Shown here: positions 33,301 to 50,500 of the stretch, in pieces | Numbering within the stretch: the first letter of the stretch is position 1 | Layout of the letters: the number at the start of each line of letters is the position of its first letter | Notes under the pieces: generated by a model | What the model saw: the letters and a program-made list of their open reading frames with translations, nothing else | Database searches by the model: none | What the model was told of the DNA's origin: nothing | Translations under genes and position numbers: made by a program | Source: Bugula neritina | Lineage: Eukaryota > Animalia > Bryozoa | Reading direction: 5' to 3' | Assembly: GCA_964035545.1 (NCBI GenBank) | Contig: CAXIUT010000183.1 | Coordinates: 1,426,001 to 1,490,000 of the forward strand | DNA length: 64,000 nt

Positions 33301-36300
33301 CATCCTACAACATGCTGAAATACACTGTAACATATTGAAATACACTGCAACACTTTGAAATATACTGCAACATACCGAAATATATGGTAAACTACTGCAA
33401 CACACTACAACATATTGAAATACACTGCAACACATTGAAATATACTGCAACATACCTAAATATACGGTAATATACTGAAATATACTGTAACACACCGAAA
33501 TATACTGCAACATACTGAAATACACTGTAACATACTGAAATATACTGCAACATACTGAAATACACTGCTACATACTGAAATATACTGCAACATACTGAAA
33601 TATACTGTAACACACTGAAGTACACTGCAACTCACTGAAATATACTGCATTATACTGAAATACACTGCAACATCCTACAAAATGCTGAAATACACTGTAA
33701 CATATTGTAATACACTGCAACACATTGAAATATACTGCAACATACCGAAATATATGGTAAACTACTGAAATATACTGTAACACATTGAAAAAAACTGACA
33801 TACTGAAATATACTGTGACACCTAGCAATATACTGTAACATACTGAAATATGCTCTAGCACACTGAAATACAATGCAACTCACTGAAATATACTGCAACA
33901 TACTGAAATACACTGCAACATCCTACAACATGCTGAAATACACTGTAACATATTGAAATACACTGCAACACTTTGAAATATACTGCAACATACCGAAATA
34001 TATGGTAAACAACTGCAACACACTACAACATATTGAAATACACTGCAACACATTGAAATATACTGCAACATGCCTAAATTTACGGTAATATAATGAAATA
34101 TACTGTAACACACCGAAATATACTGCAACATACTGAAATACACTGTAACATACTGAAATATACTGCAACATACTGAAATACACTGCTACATACTGAAATA
34201 TACTGCAACATACTGCAACATACTGAAATACACTGTAACATAATGAAATAAACTGCAACATACTACAACATATTGAAATACACTGCAACACATTGAAATA
34301 TACTGCAACATACCTAAATATACTGTAACACATTGAAAAAACTGCAACATACTGAAATACACTGCAACACACTGAAATACACCGCAAAATACTACAACAT
34401 ACTGAAATACACTGTAACATATTGAAATCCAGTGCAACACATTGAAATATACTGCAACACAACAAAATATATGGTAAACTAATGAAATATACTGTAACAC
34501 ATTGAAAAATACCGCAACATACTGAAATATACTGCGACACATTGCAATATACTGTAACATACTGAAATATGCTGTAGCACACTGAAATACACTGCAACAT
34601 CCTACAACATACTGAAATACACTGTAACATATTGAAATACACTGCAAGAAATTGAAATAGACTGCAACACAACAAAATATATGGTAAACTACTGAAATAG
34701 ACTTTAACACATTGAAAAATACTGCAACATACAGAAATATACTGTAACACACTGAAATATACTGCAACATACTGAAATACACTGTAACATACTGAAATAC
34801 ACTGCAACACATTGAAATATACTGCAACATAACGAAATATATGGTAAACTACTGAAATATATTTTAACACATCGAAAAATACTGCAACATACTGAAATAG
34901 ATTTTAACACATTGAAAAATACTGCAACATACTGAAATATACTGTAACACACTGAAGTACACTGCAACTCACTGAAATATACTGCAATATACTGAAATAC
35001 ACTGCAACATCCTACAAAATGCTGAAATACACTGTAACATATTGAAATATACTGCGACACCTAGCAATATACTGTAACATACTGAAATATGCTCTAGCAC
35101 ACTGAAATACAATGTAACTCACTGAAATATACTGCAACATACTGAAATACACTGCAACATCCTACAACATGCTGAAATACACTGTAACATATTGAAATAC
35201 ACTGCAACACTTTGAAATATACTGCAACATACCGAAATATATGGTAAACTACTGCAACACACTACAACATATTGAAATACACTGCAACACATTGAAATAT
35301 ACTGCAACATACCTAAATATACGGTAATATACTGAAATATACTGTAACACACCGAAATATACTGCAACATACTGAAATACACTGTAACATACTGAAATAT
35401 ACTGCAACATACTGAAATACACTGCTACATACTGAAATATACTGCAACATACTGAAATATACTGTAACACACTGAAGTACACTGCAACTCACTGAAATAT
35501 ACTGCATTATACTGAAATACACTGCAACATCCTACAAAATGCTGAAATACACTGTAACATATTGTAATACACTGCAACACATTGAAATATACTGCAACAT
35601 ACCGAAATATATGGTAAACTACTGAAATATACTGTAACACATTGAAAAAAACTGACATACTGAAATATACTGCGACACCTAGCAATATACTGTAACATAC
35701 TGAAATATGCTCTAGCACACTGAAATACAATGCAACTCACTGAAATATACTGCAACATACTGAAATACACTGCAACATCCTACAACATGCTGAAATACAC
35801 TGTAACATATTGAAATACACTGCAACACTTTGAAATATACTGCAACATACCGAAATATATGGTAAACAATTGCAACACACTACAACATATTGAAATACAC
35901 TGCAACACATTGAAATATACTGCAACATGCCTAAATTTACGGTATATAATGAAATATACTGTAACACACTGAAATATACTGCAACATACTGAAATACACT
36001 GTAACATACTGAAATATACTGCAACATACTGAAATACACTGCTACATACTGAAATATACTGCAACATACTGCAACATACTGAAATACACTGTAACATAAT
36101 GAAATAAACTGCAACATACTACAACATATTGAAATACACTGCAACACATTGAAATATACTGCAACATACCTAAATATACTGTAACACATTGAAAAAACTG
36201 CAACATACTGAAATACACTGTAACATACTGAAATATACTGCAACATACTGAAATACACTGCTACATACTGAAATATACTGCAACATACTGCAACATACTG

Positions 36301-39300
36301 CAATACACTGTAAAATACTGAAATACACTGCAACACATTGAAATATACTGCAACATAACAAAATATATGGTAAACTACTGAAATAGACTTTAACACATTG
36401 AAAAATACTGCAACATATTGAAATACACTGCAACACATTGAAATACACTGCAACTTACCGAATATATGGTAAACCACTGAAATATACTGTAACGCATTGA
36501 AAAGTACTGCAACATACTGAAATATATTGCGACACATTGCAATAAACTGTAACATACTGAAAAATGCTGTAGCACACTGAAATATACTGCAATTCACTGA
36601 AATATACTGCAACATACTGACATACACCGCAACATCCTACAACATACTGAAATACTTTGTAACATATTGAAATACACTGCAACACATTGAAATATACTGC
36701 AACATAACGAACTATATGCTAACCTACTGAAATATATTTTAACACATTGAAAAATACTGCAACATACTGAAATATATTTTAACACATTGAAAAATACTGC
36801 AACATACTGAAATATACTGTAACACACCGAAATATACTGCAACATACTGAAATACACTGTAACATACTGAAATATACTGCAACATACTGAAATACACTGC
36901 TACATACTGCAACATACTGCAACATACTGCAACATACTGAAATACACTGCAACATACTACAACATACTGAAATACGCTGCAACACATTGAAATATACTGC
37001 AACATACCTAAATATACGGTAACATACCGAAATATACTGTAACGCATTGCAAAATACTGCAACATACTGAAATACACTGCGACACACTGAAATACGCTGC
37101 AAAATACTACAACATACTGAAATAAACTGTAACACATTGAAATACACTGCAATACATTGAAAAATAATGCAATATACTGATATATACTGTAACACACTGA
37201 AATATACTGCAACATACTGAAATACACTGTAACATACTGAAATATACTGTAACATACTGCAACATACTGAAATACACTGTAACATACTGAAATACACTGC
37301 CGCATACTGCAACATATTGAACTACACTGCAACACATTGAAATATACTGCAACATGCCTAAATTTACGGTAATATAATGAAATATACTGTAACACACCGA
37401 AATATACTGCAACATACTGAAATACACTGTAACATACTGAAATATACTGCAACATACTGAAATACACTGCTACATACTGAAGTATACTGCAACATACTGA
37501 AATACACTGAAATACACTGTAACATAATGAAATAAACTGCAACATACTACAACATATTGAAATACACTGCAACACATTGAGATATACTGCAACATACCTA
37601 AATATACGGTAATATACTGAAATATACTGTAACACATTGAAAAAACTGCAACATACTGAAATACACTGCAACACACTGAAATACACCGCAAAACACTACA
37701 ACATACTGAAATACTTTGTAACATATTGAAATACACTGCAACATACTACCACATATTGAAATACACTGCAACACATTGAAATGTACTGCAACATACCGAA
37801 ATATATGGTAAACTACTAAAATATAATGTAACACATTGAAAAATACTGCAACATACTGAAATATACTGCGACACCTAGCAATATACTGTAACATACTGAA
37901 ATATGCTCTAGCACACTGAAATACAACGCAACTTACTGAAATATACTGCAACATATTGAAATACACTGCAACACTTTGAAATATACTGCAACATACCGAA
38001 ATATATGGTAAACTACTGCAACATACTACAACATACTGAAATACACTGCAACACATGGAAATATACTGCGACATACCTAAATATACGGTAATATACTGAA
38101 ATATACTGTAACACATTGAAAAATACTGCAACATACTGAAATATACTGTAACACACCGAAATATACTGCAACATACTGAAATACACTGTAACATACTGAA
38201 ATACACTGCTACATACTGAAATATACTGCAACATACTGCAACATACTGAAATACACAGTAACATACTGAAATAAACTGCAACATACTACAACATATTGAA
38301 ATACACTGCAACACATTGAAATATACTGCAACATACCTAAATATACGGTAATATACTGAAATTCACTGTAACGCATTGCAAAATACTGCAACATACTGAA
38401 ATTCACTGCGACACACTGAAATACGCTGCAAAATACTGAAATACACTGTAACATACTGAAATATACTGCAACATACTGAAATACACTGCTACATACTGAA
38501 ATTTACTGCAACATACTGCAACATACTGCAATACACTGTAAAATACTGAAATACACTCCAACATACTACAACATATTGAAATACACTGCAACACATTGAA
38601 ATACACTGCAACTTACCGAATATATGGTAAACTACTGAAATATACTGTAACGCATTGAAAAGTACTGCAACATACTGAAATATATTGCGACACATTGCAA
38701 TAAACTGTAACATACTGAAAAATGCTGTAGCACACTGAAATACACTGCCATTCACTGAAATATACTGCAACATACTGAAATACACCGCAACATCCTACAA
38801 CATACTGAAATACACTGTAACATATTGAAATACACTGCAACACATTGAAATATACTGCAACATAACGAAATATATGGTAAACTACTAAAATATATTTTAA
38901 CACATCGAAAAATACTGCAACATACTGAAATAGATTTTAACACATTGAAAAATACTGCAACATACTGAAATATACTGTAACACACTGAAGTACACTGCAA
39001 CTCACTGAAATATACTGCAATATACTGAAATACACTGCAACATCCTACAAAATGCTGAAATACACTGTAACATATTGAAATATACTGCGACACCTAGCAA
39101 TATACTGTAACATACTGAAATATGCTCTAGCACACTGAAATACAATGTAACTCACTGAAATATACTGCAACATACTGAAATACACTGCAACATCCTACAA
39201 CATGCTGAAATACACTGTAACATATTGAAATACACTGCAACACTTTGAAATATACTGCAACATACCGAAATATATGGTAAACTACTGCAACACACTACAA

Positions 39301-42090
39301 CATATTGAAATACACTGCAACACATTGAAATATACTGCAACATACCTAAATATACGGTAATATACTGAAATATACTGTAACACACCGAAATATACTGCAA
39401 CATACTGAAATACACTGTAACATACTGAAATATACTGCAACATACTGAAATACACTGCTACATACTGAAATATACTGCAACATACTGAAATATACTGTAA
39501 CACACTGAAGTACACTGCAACTCACTGAAATATACTGCATTATACTGAAATACACTGCAACATCCTACAAAATGCTGAAATACACTGTAACATATTGTAA
39601 TACACTGCAACACATTGAAATATACTGCAACATACCGAAATATATGGTAAACTACTGAAATATACTGTAACACATTGAAAAAAACTGACATACTGAAATA
39701 TACTGTGACACCTAGCAATATACTGTAACATACTGAAATATGCTCTAGCACACTGAAATACAATGCAACTCACTGAAATATACTGCAACATACTGAAATA
39801 CACTGCAACATCCTACAACATGCTGAAATACACTGTAACATATTGAAATACACTGCAACACTTTGAAATATACTGCAACATACCGAAATATATGGTAAAC
39901 AACTGCAACACACTACAACATATTGAAATACACTGCAACACATTGAAATATACTGCAACATGCCTAAATTTACGGTAATATAATGAAATATACTGTAACA
40001 CACCGAAATATACTGCAACATACTGAAATACACTGTAACATACTGAAATATACTGCAACATACTGAAATACACTGCTACATACTGAAATATACTGCAACA
40101 TACTGCAACATACTGAAATACACTGTAACATAATGAAATAAACTGCAACATACTACAACATATTGAAATACACTGCAACACATTGAAATATACTGCAACA
40201 TACCTAAATATACTGTAACACATTGAAAAAACTGCAACATACTGAAATACACTGCAACACACTGAAATACACCGCAAAATACTACAACATACTGAAATAC
40301 ACTGTAACATATTGAAATCCAGTGCAACACATTGAAATATACTGCAACACAACAAAATATATGGTAAACTAATGAAATATACTGTAACACATTGAAAAAT
40401 ACCGCAACATACTGAAATATACTGCGACACATTGCAATATACTGTAACATACTGAAATATGCTGTAGCACACTGAAATACACTGCAACATCCTACAACAT
40501 ACTGAAATACACTGTAACATATTGAAATACACTGCAAGAAATTGAAATAGACTGCAACACAACAAAATATATGGTAAACTACTGAAATAGACTTTAACAC
40601 ATTGAAAAATACTGCAACATACAGAAATATACTGTAACACACTGAAATATACTGCAACATACTGAAATACACTGTAACATACTGAAATACACTGCAACAC
40701 ATTGAAATATACTGCAACATAACGAAATATATGGTAAACTACTGAAATATATTTTAACACATCGAAAAATACTGCAACATACTGAAATAGATTTTAACAC
40801 ATTGAAAAATACTGCAACATACTGAAATATACTGTAACACACTGAAGTACACTGCAACTCACTGAAATATACTGCAATATACTGAAATACACTGCAACAT
40901 CCTACAAAATGCTGAAATACACTGTAACATATTGAAATATACTGCGACACCTAGCAATATACTGTAACATACTGAAATATGCTCTAGCACACTGAAATAC
41001 AATGTAACTCACTGAAATATACTGCAACATACTGAAATACACTGCAACATCCTACAACATGCTGAAATACACTGTAACATATTGAAATACACTGCAACAC
41101 TTTGAAATATACTGCAACATACCGAAATATATGGTAAACTACTGCAACACACTACAACATATTGAAATACACTGCAACACATTGAAATATACTGCAACAT
41201 ACCTAAATATACGGTAATATACTGAAATATACTGTAACACACCGAAATATACTGCAACATACTGAAATACACTGTAACATACTGAAATATACTGCAACAT
41301 ACTGAAATACACTGCTACATACTGAAATATACTGCAACATACTGAAATATACTGTAACACACTGAAGTACACTGCAACTCACTGAAATATACTGCATTAT
41401 ACTGAAATACACTGCAACATCCTACAAAATGCTGAAATACACTGTAACATATTGTAATACACTGCAACACATTGAAATATACTGCAACATACCGAAATAT
41501 ATGGTAAACTACTGAAATATACTGTAACACATTGAAAAAAACTGACATACTGAAATATACTGCGACACCTAGCAATATACTGTAACATACTGAAATATGC
41601 TCTAGCACACTGAAATACAATGCAACTCACTGAAATATACTGCAACATACTGAAATACACTGCAACATCCTACAACATGCTGAAATACACTGTAACATAT
41701 TGAAATACACTGCAACACTTTGAAATATACTGCAACATACCGAAATATATGGTAAACAATTGCAACACACTACAACATATTGAAATACACTGCAACACAT
41801 TGAAATATACTGCAACATGCCTAAATTTACGGTATATAATGAAATATACTGTAACACACTGAAATATACTGCAACATACTGAAATACACTGTAACATACT
41901 GAAATATACTGCAACATACTGAAATACACTGCTACATACTGAAATATACTGCAACATACTGCAACATACTGAAATACACTGTAACATAATGAAATAAACT
42001 GCAACATACTACAACATATTGAAATACACTGCAACACATTGAAATATACTGCAACATACCTAAATATACTGTAACACATTGAAAAAACTG
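30311..42090. repeat. 5890-bp tandem duplication (30311-36200 and 36201-42090), apparently identical copies
   Basis: ORF offsets 30565/36455, 30849/36739, 31708/37598, 33923/39813 and 35780/41670 are all 5890. Rare variants TGTGACA (33815, 39705) and the 1-bp deletion GGTATATAAT (35941, 41831) occur in both copies. Confidence 0.95.
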
Positions 42091-42530
42091 CAACATACTG
42101 AAATACACTGCAACACACTGAAATACACCGCAAAATACTACAACATACTGAAATACACTGTAACATATTGAAATCCAGTGCAACACATTGAAATATACTG
42201 CAACATACCGAAGTATATGGTAAACTAATGAAATATACTGTAACACATTGAAAAATACCGCAACATACTGAAATATACTGCGACACATTGCAATATACTG
42301 TAACATACTGAAATATGCTGTAGCACACTGAAATACACTGCAACATCCTACAACATACTGAAATACACTGTAACATATTGAAATACACTGCAAGAAATTG
42401 AAATAGACTGCAACACAACAAAATATATGGTAAACTACTGAAATAGACTTTAACACATTGAAAAATACTGCAACATACAGAAATATACTGTAACACACTG
42501 AAATATACTGCAACATACTGAAATACACTG
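38820..42530. repeat. 1857-bp tandem duplication, largely nested in the 5890-bp unit (also ~32930-36200, partial second copy)
   Basis: ORF offsets 33262/35119 and 39152/41009 are 1857. 40076/41932 is 1856 after a 1-bp deletion at ~41834. Confidence 0.9.
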
Positions 42531-42662
42531 TAACATACTGAAATATACTGCAACATACTGAAATACACTGCTACATACTGAAATATACTGCAACATACTG
42601 CAACATGCTGCAACATACTGAAATACGCTGTAACATACTGAAATACACTGCAACATACTACA

Positions 42663-45600
42663 ACATATTGAAATACACTGCAACACATTGAAATGTACTG
42701 CAACATACCGAAATATACGGTAATATACTGAAATATACTGTAACACATTGAAAAATACTGCAACATACTGAAATACACTGCAACACACTGAAACACACCG
42801 CAAAAAACTACAACATACTGAAATACACTGTAACATATTAAAACATACTGCAACATACTGCAACATACTGAAATACACTGCAACACACTGAAATATACCG
42901 CAAAATACTACAACATACTGAAATACACTGTAACATATTGAAATACACTGCAACACATTGAAATATACTGCAACATACCGAAATATATGGTTAACTAATG
43001 AAATATACTGTAACACATTGAAAAATACCGCAACATACTGAAATATACTGCGACACATTGCAATATATTGTAACATACTGAAATATGCTGTAGCACACTG
43101 AAATACACTGCAACATCCTACAACATACTGAAATACACTGTAACATATTGAAATACACTGCAACACATTGAAATATACTGCAACATAACAAAATATATGG
43201 TAAACTACTGAAATAGACTTTAACACATTGAAAAATACTGCAACATACTGAAATATACTGTCCCACACTGAAGTATACTGCAACATACTGAAAAATGCTG
43301 TAGCACACTGAAATATACTGCAATTCACTGAAATATACTGCAACATACTGACATACACCGCAACATCCTACAACATACTGAAATACTTTGTAACATATTG
43401 AAATACACTGCAACACATTGAAATATACTGCAACATAACGAACTATATGGTAACCTACTGAAATATATTTTAACACATTGAAAAATACTGCAACATACTG
43501 AAATATATTTTAACACATTGAAAAATACTGCAACATACTGAAATATACTGTAACACACCGAAATATACTGCAACATACTGAAATACACTGTAACATACTG
43601 AAATATACTGCAACATACTGAAATACACTGCTACATACTGCAACATACTGCAACATACTGCAACATACTGAAATACACTGCAACATACTACAACATACTG
43701 AAATACGCTGCAACACATTGAAATATACTGCAACATACCTAAATATACGGTAACATACCGAAATATACTGTAACGCATTGCAAAATACTGCAACATACTG
43801 AAATACACTGCGACACACTGAAATACGCTGCAAAATACTACAACATACTGTAATAAACTGTAACACATTGAAATACACTGCAATACATTGAAAAATAATG
43901 CAATATACTGATATATACTGTAACACACTGAAATATACTGCAACATACTGAAATACACTGTAACATACTGAAATATACTGTAACATACTGCAACATACTG
44001 AAATACACTGTAACATACTGAGATACACTGCCGCATACTGCAACATATTGAACTACACTGCAACACATTGAAATATACTGCAACATGCCTAAATTTACGG
44101 TAATATAATGAAATATACTGTAACACACCGAAATATACTGCAACATACTGAAATACACTGTAACATACTGAAATATACTGCAACATACTGAAATACACTG
44201 CTACATACTGAAGTATACTGCAACATACTGAAATACACTGAAATACACTGTAACATAATGAAATAAACTGCAACATACTACAACATATTGAAATACACTG
44301 CAACACATTGAGATATACTGCAACATACCTAAATATACGGTAATATACTGAAATATACTGTAACACATTGAAAAAACTGCAACATACTGAAATACACTGC
44401 AACACACTGAAATACACCGCAAAACACTACAACATACTGAAGTACTTTGTAACATATTGAAATACACTGCAACATACTACCACATATTGAAATACACTGC
44501 AACACATTGAAATGTACTGCAACATACCGAAATATATGGTAAACTACTAAAATATAATGTAACACATTGAAAAATACTGCAACATACTGAAATATACTGC
44601 GACACCTAGCAATATACTTAACATACTGAAATATGCTCTAGCACACTGAAATACAATGCAACTTACTGAAATATACTGCAACATATTGAAATACACTGCA
44701 ACACTTTGAAATATACTGCAACATACCGAAATATATGGTAAACTACTGCAACATACTACAACATACTGAAATACACTGCAACACATGGAAATATACTGCG
44801 ACATACCTAAATATACGGTAATATACTGAAATATACTGTAACACATTGAGAAATACTGCAACATACTGAAATATACTGTAACACACCGAAATATACTGCA
44901 ACATACTGAAATACACTGTAACATACTGAAATACACTGCTACATACTGAAATATACTGCAACATACTGCAACATACTGAAATACACAGTAACATACTGAA
45001 ATAAACTGCAACATACTACAACATATTGAAATACACTGCAACACATTGAAATATACTGCAACATACCTAAATATACGGTAATATACTGAAATTCACTGTA
45101 ACGCATTGCAAAATACTGCAACATATTGAAATACACTGCAACACATTGAAATGTACTGCAACATACCGAAATATACGGTAATATACTGAAATATACTGTA
45201 ACACATTGAAAAATACTGCAACATACTGAAATACACTGCAACACACTGAAACACACCGCAAAAAACTACAACATACTGAAATACACTGTAACATATTAAA
45301 ACATACTGCAACATACTGCAACATACTGAAATACACTGCAACACACTGAAATATACCGCAAAATACTACAACATACTGAAATACACTGTAACATATTGAA
45401 ATACACTGCAACACATTGAAATATACTGCAACATACCGAAATATATGGTTAACTAATGAAATATACTGTAACACATTGAAAAATACCGCAACATACTGAA
45501 ATATACTGCGACACATTGCAATATATTGTAACATACTGAAATATGCTGTAGCACACTGAAATACACTGCAACATCCTACAACATACTGAAATACACTGTA

Positions 45601-47579
45601 ACATATTGAAATACACTGCAACACATTGAAATATACTGCAACATAACAAAATATATGGTAAACTACTGAAATAGACTTTAACACATTGAAAAATACTGCA
45701 ACATACTGAAATATACTGTCCCACACTGAAGTATACTGCAACATACTGAAAAATGCTGTAGCACACTGAAATATACTGCAATTCACTGAAATATACTGCA
45801 ACATACTGACATACACCGCAACATCCTACAACATACTGAAATACTTTGTAACATATTGAAATACACTGCAACACATTGAAATATACTGCAACATAACGAA
45901 CTATATGGTAACCTACTGAAATATATTTTAACACATTGAAAAATACTGCAACATACTGAAATATATTTTAACACATTGAAAAATACTGCAACATACTGAA
46001 ATATACTGTAACACACCGAAATATACTGCAACATACTGAAATACACTGTAACATACTGAAATATACTGCAACATACTGAAATACACTGCTACATACTGCA
46101 ACATACTGCAACATAATGCAACATACTGAAATACACTGCAACATACTACAACATACTGAAATACGCTGCAACACATTGAAATATACTGCAACATACCTAA
46201 ATATACGGTAACATACCGAAATATACTGTAACGCATTGCAAAATACTGCAACATACTGAAATACACTGCGACACACTGAAATACGCTGCAAAATACTACA
46301 ACATACTGTAATAAACTGTAACACATTGAAATACACTGCAATACATTGAAAAATAATGCAATATACTGATATATACTGTAACACACTGAAATATACTGCA
46401 ACATGCTGAAATACACTGTAACATACTGAAATATACTGTAACATACTGCAACATACTGAAATACACTGTAACATACTGAGATACACTGCCGCATACTGCA
46501 ACATATTGAACTACACTGCAACACATTGAAATATACTGCAACATGCCTAAATTTACGGTAATATAATGAAATATACTGTAACACACCGAAATATACTGCA
46601 ACATACTGAAATACACTGTAACATACTGAAATATACTGCAACATACTGAAATACACTGCTACATACTGAAGTATACTGCAACATACTGAAATACACTGAA
46701 ATACACTGTAACATAATGAAATAAACTGCAACATACTACAACATATTGAAATACACTGCAACACATTGAGATATACTGCAACATACCTAAATATACGGTA
46801 ATATACTGAAATATACTGTAACACATTGAAAAAACTGCAACATACTGAAATACACTGCAACACACTGAAATACACCGCAAAACACTACAACATACTGAAA
46901 TACTTTGTAACATATTGAAATACACTGCAACATACTACCACATATTGAAATACACTGCAACACATTGAAATGTACTGCAACATACCGAAATATATGGTAA
47001 ACTACTAAAATATAATGTAACACATTGAAAAATACTGCAACATACTGAAATATACTGCGACACCTAGCAATATACTGTAACATACTGAAATATGCTCTAG
47101 CACACTGAAATACAATGCAACTTACTGAAATATACTGCAACATATTGAAATACACTGCAACACTTTGAAATATACTGCAACATACCGAAATATATGGTAA
47201 ACTACTGCAACATACTACAACATACTGAAATACACTGCAACACATGGAAATATACTGCGACATACCTAAATATACGGTAATATACTGAAATATACTGTAA
47301 CACATTGAGAAATACTGCAACATACTGAAATATACTGTAACACACCGAAATATACTGCAACATACTGAAATACACTGTAACATACTGAAATACACTGCTA
47401 CATACTGAAATATACTGCAACATACTGCAACATACTGAAATACACAGTAACATACTGAAATAAACTGCAACATACTACAACATATTGAAATACACTGCAA
47501 CACATTGAAATATACTGCAACATACCTAAATATACGGTAATATACTGAAATTCACTGTAACGCATTGCAAAATACTGCA
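42663..47579. repeat. 2458/2459-bp tandem duplication
   Basis: ORF offsets 42991/45449 and 43470/45928 are 2458. 44743/47202 is 2459 because of a 1-bp deletion at ~44618 in the first copy. Confidence 0.92.
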
Positions 47580-50500
47580 ACATACTGAAATTCACTGCGA
47601 CACACTGAAATACGCTGCAAAATACTGAAATACACTGTAACATACTGAAATATACTGCAACATACTGAAATACACTGCTACATACTGAAATTTACTGCAA
47701 CATACTGCAACATACTGCAATACACTGTAAAATACTGAAATACACTCCAACATACTACAACATATTGAAATACACTGCAACACATTGAAATACACTGCAA
47801 CTTACCGAATATATGGTAAACTACTGAAATATACTGTAACGCATTGAAAAGTACTGCAACATACTGAAATATATTGCGACACATTGCAATAAACTGTAAC
47901 ATACTGAAAAATGCTGTAGCACACTGAAATACACTGCCATTCACTGAAATATACTGCAACATACTGAAATACACCGCAACATCCTACAACATACTGAAAT
48001 ACACTGTAACATATTGAAATACACTGCAACACATTGAAATATACTGCAACATAACGAAATATATGGTAAACTACTGAAATATATTTTAACACATCGAAAA
48101 ATACTGCAACATACTGAAATAGATTTTAACACATTGAAAAATACTGCAACATACTGAAATATACTGTAACACACTGAAGTACACTGCAACTCACTGAAAT
48201 ATACTGCAATATACTGAAATACACTGCAACATCCTACAAAATGCTGAAATACACTGTAACATATTGAAATATACTGAGACACCTAGCAATATACTGTAAC
48301 ATACTGAAATATGCTCTAGCACACTGAAATACAATGTAACTCACTGAAATATACTGCAACATACTGAAATACACTGCAACATCCTACAACATGCTGAAAT
48401 ACACTGTAACATATTGAAATACACTGCAACACTTTGAAATATACTGCAACATACCGAAATATATGGTAAACTACTGCAACACACTACAACATATTGAAAT
48501 ACACTGCAACACATTGAAATATACTGCAACATACCTAAATATACGGTAATATACTGAAATATACTGTAACACACCGAAATATACTGCAACATACTGAAAT
48601 ACACTGTAACATACTGAAATATACTGCAACATACTGAAATACACTGCTACATACTGAAATATACTGCAACATACTGAAATATACTGTAACACACTGAAGT
48701 ACACTGCAACTCACTGAAATATACTGCATTATACTGAAATACACTGCAACATCCTACAAAATGCTGAAATACACTGTAACATATTGTAATACACTGCAAC
48801 ACATTGAAATATACTGCAACATACCGAAATATATGGTAAACTACTGAAATATACTGTAACACATTGAAAAAAACTGACATACTGAAATATACTGCGACAC
48901 CTAGCAATATACTGTAACATACTGAAATATGCTCTAGCACACTGAAATACAATGCAACTCACTGAAATATACTGCAACATACTGAAATACACTGCAACAT
49001 CCTACAACATGCTGAAATACACTGTAACATATTGAAATACACTGCAACACTTTGAAATATACTGCAACATACCGAAATATATGGTAAACAACTGCAACAC
49101 ACTACAACATATTGAATTACACTGCAACACATTGAAATATACTGCAACATGCCTAAATTTACGGTAATATAATGAAATATACTGTAACACACCGAAATAT
49201 ACTGCAACATACTGAAATACACTGTAACATACTGAAATATACTGCAACATACTGAAATACACTGCAACATACTGAAATACACTGTAACATACTGAAATAT
49301 ACTGCAACATACTGAAATACACTGCTACATACTGAAGTATACTGCAACATACTGAAATACACTGAAATACACTGTAACATAATGAAATAAACTGCAACAT
49401 ACTACAACATATTGAAATACACTGCAACACATTGAGATATACTGCAACATACCTAAATATACGGTAATATACTGAAATATACTGTAACACATTGAAAAAA
49501 CTGCAACATACTGAAATACACTGCAACACACTGAAATACACCGCAAAACACTACAACATACTGAAATACTTTGTAACATATTGAAATACACTGCAACATA
49601 CTACCACATATTGAAATACACTGCAACACATTGAAATGTACTGCAACATACCGAAATATATGGTAAACTACTAAAATATAATGTAACACATTGAAAAATA
49701 CTGCAACATACTGAAATATACTGCGACACCTAGCAATATACTGTAACATACTGAAATATGCTCTAGCACACTGAAATACAATGCAACTTACTGAAATATA
49801 CTGCAACATATTGAAATACACTGCAACACTTTGAAATATACTGCAACATACCGAAATATATGGTAAACTACTGCAACATACTACAACATACTGAAATACA
49901 CTGCAACACATGGAAATATACTGCGACATACCTAAATATACGGTAATATACTGAAATATACTGTAACACATTGAGAAATACTGCAACATACTGAAATATA
50001 CTGTAACACACCGAAATATACTGCAACATACTGAAATACACTGTAACATACTGAAATACACTGCTACATACTGAAATATACTGCAACATACTGCAACATA
50101 CTGAAATACACAGTAACATACTGAAATAAACTGCAACATACTACAACATATTGAAATACACTGCAACACATTGAAATATACTGCAACATACCTAAATATA
50201 CGGTAATATACTGAAATTCACTGTAACGCATTGCAAAATACTGCAACATACTGAAATTCACTGCGACACACTGAAATACGCTGCAAAATACTGAAATACA
50301 CTGTAACATACTGAAATATACTGCAACATACTGAAATACACTGCTACATACTGAAATTTACTGCAACATACTGCAACATACTGCAATACACTGTAAAATA
50401 CTGAAATACACTCCAACATACTACAACATATTGAAATACACTGCAACACATTGAAATACACTGCAACTTACCGAATATATGGTAAACTACTGAAATATAC

